42,946 bases of DNA. Source: Polyangiales bacterium (GTDB lineage: Bacteria; Myxococcota_A; Polyangia; Polyangiales; Ga0077539). Position 1 is the stretch's first letter; every line of letters starts with the position of its first letter. The notes beneath the pieces were generated by a model, which ran no database searches, had not been told where the DNA came from, and saw only the letters and a list, made by a program, of their open reading frames with translations. Location of the stretch: contig JBGARZ010000031.1 in assembly GCA_044229975.1 (NCBI GenBank), positions 1-42,946 of the forward strand. Reading direction: 5' to 3'. Positions 19,923-29,457 of the stretch are shown piece by piece. A program made the position numbers and the translations under genes.

Positions 19923-20591
19923 TCACCCCGCGCGGACGATTTCCACCCTCCCCGAGAACACCCGCGCGACGAGCTTGTCGTGCGCGCCGAAGGCGGCCAT
20001 CAGCGCCCGCGGAACATGCAACAGCGACGGGTGCTCGTACTCCAGCACCTTCGACGTGGCGCTCTCCACCTCCGACCCGGTGGGCGTCGTGAGCGTGAGC
20101 TTCGCGGGCGACGCCTGACCGACCAGCGCCACCTCTTCCGCGACGATGCCGGCGTTGAGGAGGAGCTGCCGCGCGATGCGAGCGCGGCCGTCGCGACCCA
20201 CGAGCACGGGGGCTTCGGTGGAGTGCGAGCCGACGTTGGCCTCGCCGCTCGCGTCGACGCTGGTGCTCACCGGGGGGATGGAGAGCTGGTTGCGCATCGA
20301 GTCGTCGTAGAGGGCGACCTCGTGCTCGGGCAGGTGATAGAGGTACGCCTGCACGGGCTTGTGGCCGTCGGCGAGGACGTCGATGAGGTCTTGCAGGTAG
20401 TCGCCCATGGCGCCGCGCTCGTAGAGGTCGCGCACGATGGGGGCGACCTCCCGGTGGCGGATGTCGGGGAGCGTTCCCTTCACCGCGTTGGACACGTCGA
20501 GCGCCGTGAAGAGCGCCCCCTGTGCCGTGAACGAATCCATCACCCGCTGCGTCACCGCGCGGAGCACCTTGTCCGTCGTCTTGGCCGTCAT
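19923..20591 (-). CDS. Hypothetical protein, possible N-terminal winged helix plus AbrB-like C-terminal repeats
   Basis: Codon-biased, non-repetitive ORF immediately upstream of pyrH. Confidence 0.7.
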   Translation of the reverse strand: MTAKTTDKVLRAVTQRVMDSFTAQGALFTALDVSNAVKGTLPDIRHREVAPIVRDLYERGAMGDYLQDLIDVLADGHKPVQAYLYHLPEHEVALYDDSMRNQLSIPPVSTSVDASGEANVGSHSTEAPVLVGRDGRARIARQLLLNAGIVAEEVALVGQASPAKLTLTTPTGSEVESATSKVLEYEHPSLLHVPRALMAAFGAHDKLVARVFSGRVEIVRAG

Positions 20592-20709
20592 GGGCACTAG
20601 GAATCGCCCTCCGCGCCGCGACGGTCAAGACCCCTCGGAAATAGCCTGTCACGCTCCGTGCGTCGCCAACCGCCGCGCCCCCGTGCTACGCGGTGCCCCA
20701 ACAAACCCC

Positions 20710-22062
20710 ATGGACGGAACCTCCCGCGCCCCCTCGCACGATCTCCACCACGTGAAGGGCCTCCCTGTGGTCGGGAGCTTCCTGCACTACTTCCGCGACC
20801 CGCTCGGCTTCCTCACCGGTGTGCGTCGGCGCGAAGGCGACCTCGCGACCTTTCGCCTGATGGACATGGACTTCCTGCTGGTAAGCGACCCGGTGCTCGT
20901 CGAGCAGGTGCTGGTGAAGCAGGCCGCGCGCTTCAGCAAGGACTTCTTCGCCCGCGACCTCAAGCGCGTGCTCGGCGAAGGACTGCTCACCAGCGAAGGC
21001 GACTTCTGGAAGCGCCAGCGACGACTCAGCAGCCCAGCCTTCCATCGTGAGCGCCTCACCGACTACGCGACGATCATGGTCGACCGCACCGAGGACACCC
21101 TCGCGACGTGGAAGAGCGGCGAGCGCGACGTCCACGAAGACTTCATGGCCCTCACCCTCGACATCGTGGCGCGCACGCTCTTCAGCGCCGACGTCGAAGG
21201 CGTCGCCAGCGTCGTCGGCCCGGCGCTCGAAGCGGTTCTCGGCTGGTACAACAACCCGCTGCTGGTGGGTAACCCCTGGCTCATCAAGACCCCGCTGCCG
21301 CACGCGAAGCGCTACCGCGACGCGGTGAGCGCCACCCGCGCCATCGTCGACGGCATCATCCGCCAGCGCCGCGCGAAGCCCGACCCCGACAGCCGCGACC
21401 TGCTCTCCATGCTGCTCGCCGCGCAGGACGACGACGGCACCCACATGACTGATGCCCAGGTGCGCGACGAGGTGCTCACGCTCTTCCTCGCGGGCCACGA
21501 GACCACCGCCCTCACCCTGTCGTGGTCGACGGTGCTGCTCTGCCGACACCCCGAGATGATCGCCCGCCTGCGCGCCGAGGTGGAGTCCGTGGCGCCGGGT
21601 CGAAGGCTCACGCTGGATGATGTTCCGAAGCTCACGTTTGCGAGCGGGGTCATCCACGAGTCGATGCGCATCTATCCGCCCGCGTGGGCCATCGGGCGCG
21701 AGTCGCAGGAGGAGTTCGAGCTCGGCGGCCACCGCTTCCCCAAGGGGACCAACATCTTCCTGAGCCCGTGGGCGATGCACCACGACGAGCGCACCTTCGT
21801 CGACCCCGACCGCTTCGACCCCGACCGCTGGAACGACGGTCTCGCCAAACGCCTCCACAAGTTCGCGTACTTCCCCTTTGGTGGTGGTCCGCGCGTGTGC
21901 ATCGGCAACGCCTTCGCGATGATGGAGTCGGTGCTGCTGCTGGCCTCCTTCGCGCGTCGCTTCGACGTGTCGCTCGCGCCCTCCGCGCGCATCGCCACGA
22001 CCTCGTCGGTGACGCTGCGGCCGAAGCACGGCGTTCGCGTCAACCTCCGCTCCGCCCGGTGA
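20710..22062 (+). CDS. Cytochrome P450
   Basis: AGHETT I-helix, ESMR (ExxR), PDRW, FGGGPRVCIG heme ligand. Confidence 0.96.
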   Translation: MDGTSRAPSHDLHHVKGLPVVGSFLHYFRDPLGFLTGVRRREGDLATFRLMDMDFLLVSDPVLVEQVLVKQAARFSKDFFARDLKRVLGEGLLTSEGDFWKRQRRLSSPAFHRERLTDYATIMVDRTEDTLATWKSGERDVHEDFMALTLDIVARTLFSADVEGVASVVGPALEAVLGWYNNPLLVGNPWLIKTPLPHAKRYRDAVSATRAIVDGIIRQRRAKPDPDSRDLLSMLLAAQDDDGTHMTDAQVRDEVLTLFLAGHETTALTLSWSTVLLCRHPEMIARLRAEVESVAPGRRLTLDDVPKLTFASGVIHESMRIYPPAWAIGRESQEEFELGGHRFPKGTNIFLSPWAMHHDERTFVDPDRFDPDRWNDGLAKRLHKFAYFPFGGGPRVCIGNAFAMMESVLLLASFARRFDVSLAPSARIATTSSVTLRPKHGVRVNLRSAR

Positions 22063-23402
22063 CTGCGCTGCGTCTCGGCGACCTGCGCGCCCACTGGCGA
22101 CCGACCTTCGCGCTCGCGTGGCCGGTGGTCATCGGGCAGCTCGGCGTGATGCTGATGGCGCTCGTGGACACGGCCATGGTGGGCGCCCTCGGGCGCAACG
22201 CCGTCGGGGCCGTGGGGCTGTCGTCATCGGTGTTCATGCTGGCCTTCCTCATGGGCATCGGGCTGCTGATGGGACTCGACCACGAGGTGTCCGTCGCCCA
22301 CGGCGCGGGCCGCGAGGAGGACGTCGCGCGCTACGCCGTGCAGGGCCTCTGGCTCGCGCTCGCGGTGTCGCTCCCGCTGATGGGCGTGGTGATGTTCGTG
22401 AGCACGCAGCTCCACCACTTCGGCGCGGCGCCCGAGCTCGTCGCCCCCGCGAGCGCCTGCCTCCGAACGGTCGCCTGGAGTCTCCCCCTCGCCCTGCTCT
22501 TCATCTCGCTGCGACAGACGCTGCAAGCCGTCGGAGCAACGACACCCGGGACGGTGGTGCTGCTCGCCGCCAACGTGGTCAACGCGCTCGGCTGCTACGC
22601 GCTCATCCAGGGGCGCCTCGGCGCGCCCGCGCTCGGCGTGGTCGGGTCGTCGATGGCGACCAACCTCTCGCGGACGTTCATGCTGGTGACGCTGCTGGCG
22701 TGGACGGTGAAGAAGCACCCGGGCTGGTGGCGCTCGCTGCGGCCGCACGCGCCGAGCCTGCGCGCGCTGTGGCGCATCGGGCTGCCCGCGGGGTTGCAGT
22801 TGTTGTTCGAGGGCGGGGTGTTCTCGCTGGCGACGGTGCTGGCGGCGGGCCTCGGAGTCGTGCCCGCGGCGGCGCACCAGGTGGTGCTCCAGGTGGCGAG
22901 CTTCGTGTTCATGGTGCCGATGGGCATCTCGGCGGCGGGGACGGTGCGCGTCGGGCAGAGCCTCGGGCGCGGCGACACGGAGGGCGCGCGGCTCGCCGGC
23001 TGGAGCGCGGTGGCGCTCGGCGTGGCCTTCATGGCGACGTCGGCGGTGACGATGGTGCTGGGGTCGCGGTGGATCCTGGCGATCTTCCAGCTCGACCCGG
23101 AGGTCACGGCGCTGGCGCAGCGGCTGCTGGTGGTGGCCGGGTTCTTCCAGCTCTTCGACGGCGCGCAGGTGACGCTGTCGGGTGTGCTGCGGGGTTGGGG
23201 CGAGACGGTGAGCTCGATGCTGGCCAACCTCGGTGGCCATTGGATGGTGGGGCTGCCCGTGGGGTACGTGCTGGCGTTCCGGATGGGGTGGGGCGCCGTC
23301 GGGCTGTGGGTGGGCCTGGCGACGGGTCTCGCGAGCGTGGCGGGGCTGTTGGTGTGGCGGTGGTCGGTGCTGTCCAGCGGGCGACGACCGGTTCGCCAGT
23401 AG
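22059..23402 (+). CDS. MATE family efflux transporter (NorM-like)
   Basis: VDTAMVG, GLPAGLQLLFE, AAHQVV, FQLFDGAQV..GVLRG; GTGA overlap with P450 stop. Confidence 0.92.
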   Translation: MTALRLGDLRAHWRPTFALAWPVVIGQLGVMLMALVDTAMVGALGRNAVGAVGLSSSVFMLAFLMGIGLLMGLDHEVSVAHGAGREEDVARYAVQGLWLALAVSLPLMGVVMFVSTQLHHFGAAPELVAPASACLRTVAWSLPLALLFISLRQTLQAVGATTPGTVVLLAANVVNALGCYALIQGRLGAPALGVVGSSMATNLSRTFMLVTLLAWTVKKHPGWWRSLRPHAPSLRALWRIGLPAGLQLLFEGGVFSLATVLAAGLGVVPAAAHQVVLQVASFVFMVPMGISAAGTVRVGQSLGRGDTEGARLAGWSAVALGVAFMATSAVTMVLGSRWILAIFQLDPEVTALAQRLLVVAGFFQLFDGAQVTLSGVLRGWGETVSSMLANLGGHWMVGLPVGYVLAFRMGWGAVGLWVGLATGLASVAGLLVWRWSVLSSGRRPVRQ

Positions 23403-23532
23403 CGATTGCGGTGATCGCGCCCACGCCGCGGCGTCAGCGCGGCGCGCACCGATCGCGTCCTTTCATCGGCCAACCTTGATGCGCTCGCGCGGATCGGAGA
23501 CCCTCGGCGCCCTCGTGGGAAAGGAACCTCGC

Positions 23533-23862
23533 ATGAAGCCAGACCTGTTGGTGCGCCTCGCCTCCTGCCTGTTGGTCGCGGGCCTCGGCGCTTGCGCCAC
23601 GTCGAGCTCGACCAACGCCAACCCGCCACCGATGGCGAGCCCCGAGCCCGTTCCCTCCCCGACGACGCCACCGCCCCCTGGCCCGCGCGTCGGCGGCGAC
23701 CGCGACGAGCACGGCTGCATCGGCTCGGCCGGCTACTCCTGGTGCGCCCGCGAGAACCACTGCGTGCGCCCCTGGGAGCTCGCCCGCGAGCACAACATCG
23801 CCATGACCGGCACCCCCGCGGAGAACGCCCGCGCCTTCGCCGCCTACTGCGCCGGCCCATGA
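23533..23862 (+). CDS. Small lipoprotein with GGDRDEHGC-x8-C-x5-C-x2-PWE motif
   Basis: RBS AAGGA; lipobox LGAC; four Cys in mature part. Confidence 0.8.
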   Translation: MKPDLLVRLASCLLVAGLGACATSSSTNANPPPMASPEPVPSPTTPPPPGPRVGGDRDEHGCIGSAGYSWCARENHCVRPWELAREHNIAMTGTPAENARAFAAYCAGP

Positions 23863-24122
23863 GCGCGCGCTGGCTCCTGCTCGTCTCGGTCGCTCTCGGC
23901 TGCGCCCGATCGAGCGCACCCTTGCAACCCGTACCGGTCGAGCAGGGTCCGGCCCCCGGTGGCGACCGCGACCAGCACGGGTGCATTCCCTCCACCGGGC
24001 TCGTCTGGTGCGCCCGCGAGAGCCGCTGCGCGATCCCGTGGGAGATCTCGCGCGCCCACGGGGCGCTGCCCGACGGCGGCGTCGACCCCACCGCCTTCAA
24101 CCGCTACTGCAACGGGCGCTGA
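23859..24122 (+). CDS. Small lipoprotein, paralog of the preceding gene
   Basis: ATGA overlap; lipobox ALGC; GGDRDQHGCIPSTGLVWCARESRCAIPWE. Confidence 0.78.
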   Translation: MSARWLLLVSVALGCARSSAPLQPVPVEQGPAPGGDRDQHGCIPSTGLVWCARESRCAIPWEISRAHGALPDGGVDPTAFNRYCNGR

Positions 24123-24129
24123 TCCAGCC

Positions 24130-24555
24130 CTACGCCTTCTTCAGCGCCGCGTAGCCGCGCGCCGCATCGGGACCCGACGCGCTCGGCAACCCCGCGCCCG
24201 ACCAGCCTGGCTCCGTGAGCCGACCGAACTGATCCTTCGCGCCGCCCCAGCCCGCGCGCTGATCGACGAGGTTGGTGAAGCCCGCCGACTCCAGCGCCGC
24301 GACCGCCTTCGCGCTCCGACCGCCCGCGAGGCACCCGACCACCAGCTTCGCGTCCTTCGGAAACGCCTTCCCCATCACCGCCACGAAGTCCGCGTTGGGA
24401 ACCATCCCCGCCGGCCCGACGTCCAGCAGCGGCACGTTGTACGAGCCCTCCGGGTGCCCGCCCTCGAACTCCTGCACCGACCGTACGTCCACGTACGAGT
24501 AGCCCTGCTGCGTGATGAGCTCCTGGGCTTCCTGGGGAGAGATTCGCTTCGCCAT
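24130..24555 (-). CDS. Single-domain rhodanese
   Basis: YVDVRS..EF..GHP, active loop CLAGGRS; RBS AAGGAG. Confidence 0.9.
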   Translation of the reverse strand: MAKRISPQEAQELITQQGYSYVDVRSVQEFEGGHPEGSYNVPLLDVGPAGMVPNADFVAVMGKAFPKDAKLVVGCLAGGRSAKAVAALESAGFTNLVDQRAGWGGAKDQFGRLTEPGWSGAGLPSASGPDAARGYAALKKA

Positions 24556-24578
24556 GGTGTCCGTCTCCTTCGTTGTCT

Positions 24579-25604
24579 TCAGCGGCCCTGATGCCACCGC
24601 GCCGTGCGCACTATGGCCTCGTCGAGCCCAACCGTCACCGCCAGCCCGAGCTCGTCTCGCGCCCGCGCCACGCTCGGAACATACCGATGCCGCGCCGCCG
24701 TCGGATCGGCCTTCCCGCGCACCTCCACCGGGACGCCCAGCAGCGCGCCCACCCGCCGCGCCACCTCGCCCAGCGGCCGGTCGTCGTCGCTCCCGAGGTT
24801 GTATGGCCTCGAACCAACGCCCCGCGCGAGCATCACCCACAGCCACGCCGCGAGGTCGCTGCCGTAGAGGTACGAGCGCATCGGGCTGCCATCGCTCGAC
24901 ACGACGATGGTGCGTCCCGCGAGCGCGTCGCCGATGAAGTTCCCGATGGCGAAATGAACATCCAACGGCAGGTGCGGCCCCACGAAGGCAAACCCCCGCG
25001 CGATCACTGCTTCGGTTCCGCGGGCCTGTGCACAGAGCTGCTCGGCGAGGCGCTTGGCGTGACCGTACGCGCTGCGAACGTCCATGGTGTCGGGGGCGTT
25101 GGTGCAGTCTTCTGGGATGTGGGTCATCCCGTCGGGCTGCCTCCCGTACACCGCGCCAGAGCTGGTGAAGAGCAGCCGGGGAACGTTCGCCTCGCGAACG
25201 AAATCGAGCACACGACGGGTGCCGTCGACGACAACGTGGATGGCCTCGTGCGGGTCTTCCTTTCCGCCCGGTCCGAAGCTCGTCGAGGTCGCGGCGTGGA
25301 CGACGTGCGTGAAGCTCCCGTCGGGCGCGCTGAAGTCCCGAACGTCCCCGCGGTGGAAGCGCAACCACGGGTGAGCCGCGAGGTGCGGGAGGCGCGCGAC
25401 GAAGCGCTCGGGGTCACGCGAGAGCACGACAGCTTCGACGTCGAGGCCAAGCGAGCGGCGGGCGTGGGCGAGCGTCTCCAGCAGCCACACGCCGTAGAAG
25501 CCGGTGGCGCCGGTGAGGAAGATGCGCGCCCCGCGGAGGGTGATGAAGGCATCGCGCGCGAGGGCGAGCGCGCCATCGAGGTCGTTGGGGTCGAGGGGAC
25601 GCAT
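24579..25604 (-). CDS. NAD-dependent epimerase/dehydratase (dTDP-glucose 4,6-dehydratase-like SDR)
   Basis: TGATGFYG, TSSGAVYG, YGHAK (YxxxK), RSYLY. Confidence 0.9.
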   Translation of the reverse strand: MRPLDPNDLDGALALARDAFITLRGARIFLTGATGFYGVWLLETLAHARRSLGLDVEAVVLSRDPERFVARLPHLAAHPWLRFHRGDVRDFSAPDGSFTHVVHAATSTSFGPGGKEDPHEAIHVVVDGTRRVLDFVREANVPRLLFTSSGAVYGRQPDGMTHIPEDCTNAPDTMDVRSAYGHAKRLAEQLCAQARGTEAVIARGFAFVGPHLPLDVHFAIGNFIGDALAGRTIVVSSDGSPMRSYLYGSDLAAWLWVMLARGVGSRPYNLGSDDDRPLGEVARRVGALLGVPVEVRGKADPTAARHRYVPSVARARDELGLAVTVGLDEAIVRTARWHQGR

Positions 25605-25649
25605 CGCGTGGACGATACCCCGGCGCGAGGGCACACTGCGCGCCCCGCA

Positions 25650-26219
25650 ATGAAGCTCGTCGTCGGCCTCGGCAACCCCGGAAACCAGTACCGCTTCCAC
25701 CGTCACAACGTCGGCTTCATGGCGCTCGACGCGCTGCACTCGCGGCAGCTCGGGAGCGAGTGGCGGGAGAAGTACGTGGGGTTCCTGGCGCGCGCGATGA
25801 TCGCCGGGCACGACGTGTCGCTGCTCAAGCCGCAGACCTTCATGAACCTCTCTGGGCGCGCGGTGGTGAAGGCCGTGCAGGCGATGGGGCTCAAGCCCGC
25901 GGACATCCTGGTGGTGCACGACGAGCTGGAGCTTCCCTTCGGCGAGCTGCGCGCCAAGCTGGGCGGCGGCCACGCCGGGCACAACGGCCTGCGCGACCTC
26001 AACGCCACCATTGGCGCGGACTACGCCCGGCTGCGCATCGGCATCGGCCGACCCGCGGCGGGCCCGGTCGACGCGTACGTGCTGAGCGCGTTTGCGAAGG
26101 ACGAGGCCGCGACGTTGGAAGCGACGCTCGCGCGGGCGGTCGAGCTCATCGAGCTCGCAGTGGGACAGGGCATCCAGGCGGCCATCGACCTCACGACGAA
26201 GCCGCAGAAGAAGAAGTAG
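25650..26219 (+). CDS. pth: Peptidyl-tRNA hydrolase
   Basis: MKLVVGLGNPG, RHNVGF, KPQTFMNLSG, HDEL, GGHAGHNGL, RLRIGIGRP. Confidence 0.97.
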   Translation: MKLVVGLGNPGNQYRFHRHNVGFMALDALHSRQLGSEWREKYVGFLARAMIAGHDVSLLKPQTFMNLSGRAVVKAVQAMGLKPADILVVHDELELPFGELRAKLGGGHAGHNGLRDLNATIGADYARLRIGIGRPAAGPVDAYVLSAFAKDEAATLEATLARAVELIELAVGQGIQAAIDLTTKPQKKK

Positions 26220-26260
26220 CCGACCGCGGGTCAGTGCCTCGCCACAGCGGACCCGAGATG

Positions 26261-26540
26261 TTGGCGAACATTCGCTCACGTCGGCCCAACGCCCCTCACC
26301 GTCGCGAAGCGACGGGCGACGGTGGTCGAAGAAGGGCCGCAAGGGCGCCAGGATCGCAAGGGAGCAATCGGGCGGGTGGTCCGGCGCGCCCGCCGTCACC
26401 ATCCTGCAAACGTGGATGCGTCGTTGCCGACCTTCACTCCTTGCGATCCTGGCGCCCTTGCGGCCCTTCTCCGACCACCCGTCGCCCGTCGCTTCGCGAC
26501 GGTGAGGGGCGTTGGGCTAACGTGAGCGAATACGCGCCAA
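26261..26540. repeat. Long imperfect inverted repeat (about 104-bp arms, about 72-nt loop), REP-doublet/MITE-like
   Basis: 26261-26364 pairs with 26437-26540 with a few mismatches/indels; each arm carries the CCGTCGC-GAA-GCGACGG hairpin (reverse-complemented in the right arm). Confidence 0.9.
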
Positions 26541-26588
26541 CCCTTCTGGTCGCCGGAGGGCCGGTACTACGATGCGACGCGGTGGCCC

Positions 26589-27752
26589 ATGGCGACGACT
26601 CGGTGGATCGGTGTGATGATGATCGGCGCGGGGTGTGCGTCGACCGTGAGCGGTGGTGCCAACGACGCCTCGGTAGTCGATGCATCAGCCACCGACGCCG
26701 CGACCACTGACACGGCGACCGATGCTCCACCCGCAGCCGACAGCGAGCCCCTGCGCTGCCTCCCCCCATCCGACGGGCCGTTGCGAACGCTCCCCACCGG
26801 CCCTGATGCGGTGATCGACGTCGCCGAGGACCTCTCCTTCGGCTGCGTCCTGCGCGGCGACGGTCACATCCGCTGTCGTGGCCAGGGATTCCTCAACGGC
26901 GCCTTCGCGGATGGCGCTCGTGAGTCCTCGGGAGAGCTGCGCGCGATCACGCTGCCGATCGACGACGTGCGCTCCTTCGGCCTGAGCCTGCACCTCGGGT
27001 GCGCCGTCCGCGGCGACGGTTCGCTCTGGTGCTGGGGGAACAACACCGACGGCGGCGTGCACGCCGACCTGCCGCGCCGGATGCTGACGCCCACGCGGGT
27101 GCCCGACGTCGAGGGCGCTCGGCGCGTGTTCGTGGCGCTCAACCTGCGACGCACCTGCGTCCTCCTCGAAGGCGGACGCGTCATCTGCTGGCAGGGATCG
27201 TTCGCTCCGCCGTCGGTGTTCGTGGAGAGCGGAGCGACGGACGTCGCGGTCGGCCTCGGTCACGTCTGCGCACGCTTCGCAGACGCCAGCGCCCGCTGCG
27301 TGCTCTACCCGGGCGACAACGCGACCGAGATCCCCATCGGACCGGGCAACGCCGAGACCATCGCCGCCGGATCGAGCACCATCTGCGCGACCGACCGCGT
27401 GGGGACGGTGACCTGCTGGGGAGCGCGCTACCCGGCCAGCGACATCACCCGCGGCGCTTTCGACGACGGCGTGCGCTGCGCCACCAACGTGGCGTTGGGC
27501 TTCTACTACCTCTGCGCGGCGACCACCGAGGGTGCAGTGACGTGCTGGGGCGGCGCGTCGTTCGGACAGACACGCACCGACATCAGCCCGATGCGGGTGC
27601 CCGGGGTCGATCGGGTCGTTCGGGTGCTGAAGGGGATGGTCAGCGCCTGCGCGCTCCGCGACGACGGGAGCCTCTGGTGTTGGGGCGACGGCTACCTCGC
27701 CAGCGACCGGCGAGCGCTCGGCGACACACTGCCGCACCCGATCGACTGGTAG
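26589..27752 (+). CDS. RCC1/BLIP-II repeat lipoprotein
   Basis: Repeated C A/V ..DG.L/V.CWG units; GAGC lipobox; Asp/Thr-rich linker. Confidence 0.85.
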   Translation: MATTRWIGVMMIGAGCASTVSGGANDASVVDASATDAATTDTATDAPPAADSEPLRCLPPSDGPLRTLPTGPDAVIDVAEDLSFGCVLRGDGHIRCRGQGFLNGAFADGARESSGELRAITLPIDDVRSFGLSLHLGCAVRGDGSLWCWGNNTDGGVHADLPRRMLTPTRVPDVEGARRVFVALNLRRTCVLLEGGRVICWQGSFAPPSVFVESGATDVAVGLGHVCARFADASARCVLYPGDNATEIPIGPGNAETIAAGSSTICATDRVGTVTCWGARYPASDITRGAFDDGVRCATNVALGFYYLCAATTEGAVTCWGGASFGQTRTDISPMRVPGVDRVVRVLKGMVSACALRDDGSLWCWGDGYLASDRRALGDTLPHPIDW

Positions 27753-27849
27753 CACCCGGCGATTCTCATCAGCCCGCGAAACCTCCGTCCCGCCCCACCC
27801 CGATACGCGCCCCGGTGGGCACCTCGACGCCCGCCCGGAGGTGCTCCCC

Positions 27850-29457
27850 ATGCTGCGTGTCCACATCGCCCACGGAACGTCCCACTCCCTCTCTCGTCGC
27901 GTCGACGGCCCCCTCTGCATCCCCATCTCCCACGGCCCCTCCGACCTCCCCGAGCGCTTCTCCCTCCCGTGGTTCGTCGTCCCCGATGAGGACGGCGACG
28001 CGGTGCTCCTCCACGGCGAGCACCACCAGCCCCTCGCCCGCCTCGAACCCGGCGACGTCTTCCAACACGGCGAGCTCACTGTTCGCCTCGACGCCGACTC
28101 CGACGACGCCCGCACCGACCCGCTCTTTACGCTCAACAGTATTCCCCGACTCGCGCTGTGCTTCCCCGACGGGCGCCGCGTGCCGCTCTGCGCGCGACCG
28201 CTCCTCCTCGGCTCGGGCGCCGGCAGCGACGTGGTGCTCGCCGACGCCGCGGTGAGCTCCCGCCACGGGCAGGTGCACCGCGTCGGCCCCGGCTGGATGC
28301 TCACCGACCTCGGCAGCACCAACGGAACCTGGATCGGCGGCGCCCGCGTCTCCTCCGCCGTGCTCGGCCCCGGCGTCACCTTCACCATCGGCCGCACCCG
28401 CGTCGAGTGCGTTCCCGAGACCCACGTCCCCGATCCCGTCGTCGCCCCCAGCCTCGTCGGAACCTCCCCCGCCATGGACCGCGTCCGCGCCGCCATCGCG
28501 CGCTTCGCCCCCGCGCCGTACCCCGTGCTCGTCGAGGGCGAGAGCGGCGTCGGCAAGGAGCTCGTCGCCCGCGAGATCCACCGCCTCGGCCCCTTCCGTG
28601 ATGGCCCATTGGTCACCGTGAACTGCGCGGCCATCGCGCCCGACGTCATCGAGAGCGAGCTCTTCGGCCACGAGCGCGGGGCCTTCACCGGCGCCGTCGG
28701 CCGCCGCCGCGGCCTCTTCGAAGAGGCCCACCAGGGAACGCTCTTCCTCGACGAGATCGGCGACCTCCCGCTCTCCCTCCAGGTGAAGCTCCTGCGCGTT
28801 CTGGAAACCGGCGAGCTGCGGCGGGTGGGCGGCGAGCAGGTGATCCGCGCACGGCCGCGGGTGGTGAGCGCCACGCTGCGCAACCTCCAGTCGATGGTGG
28901 CCGCCGAGCGCTTCCGCGAAGACCTCTACTTCCGGCTCGCGGATTTTCGGGTGACGGTTCCACCGCTGCGCGAGCGGCAGGGGGACATCCCCGCGCTGGT
29001 GGACGCGCTGCTCCAGCGCATCGGCGCCGAGACGGGCCGCCATTGCCGCATCGAGGAGCGGGCCGTCGGGCGCATGGTGACGCACCCGTGGTCGGGCAAC
29101 GTGCGCGAGCTGCTGGCGGTGCTGAAGCGCGCAGTGTTCATGTGCGACGGTGAGGTCATCGGGCTGCGCGAGCTGCGCTTCGAGAGCACCGCGCGCTCGG
29201 TGGCGCTGCGGCTGAAGAGCACTCCCCCGCCGATGCCTCCCCCGACGACGGGGCAGTGGCCCGAGGAGGTGGCGCCGGGTGACCTCCCCGCGCTGCACCG
29301 CTGGTGCGAGGGCAATCTCACGCGCATGGCGGCCATCACGGGCATGGCGCGATCGACGCTGCGAGAGCGCATCCGGCGCAGCGGCGCCTACGCCGAAGCC
29401 GCCGAGGAGTCGCGGTTGACCAGCGCGAGGGGCGTACCAAGAATGCCCGACCGATGA
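27850..29457 (+). CDS. FHA-domain sigma54-dependent enhancer-binding protein
   Basis: FHA (VSSRH, DLGSTNGT), Walker A GESGVGKE, GAFTGA, Walker B LFLDEIG, C-terminal Fis-type HTH. Confidence 0.93.
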   Translation: MLRVHIAHGTSHSLSRRVDGPLCIPISHGPSDLPERFSLPWFVVPDEDGDAVLLHGEHHQPLARLEPGDVFQHGELTVRLDADSDDARTDPLFTLNSIPRLALCFPDGRRVPLCARPLLLGSGAGSDVVLADAAVSSRHGQVHRVGPGWMLTDLGSTNGTWIGGARVSSAVLGPGVTFTIGRTRVECVPETHVPDPVVAPSLVGTSPAMDRVRAAIARFAPAPYPVLVEGESGVGKELVAREIHRLGPFRDGPLVTVNCAAIAPDVIESELFGHERGAFTGAVGRRRGLFEEAHQGTLFLDEIGDLPLSLQVKLLRVLETGELRRVGGEQVIRARPRVVSATLRNLQSMVAAERFREDLYFRLADFRVTVPPLRERQGDIPALVDALLQRIGAETGRHCRIEERAVGRMVTHPWSGNVRELLAVLKRAVFMCDGEVIGLRELRFESTARSVALRLKSTPPPMPPPTTGQWPEEVAPGDLPALHRWCEGNLTRMAAITGMARSTLRERIRRSGAYAEAAEESRLTSARGVPRMPDR

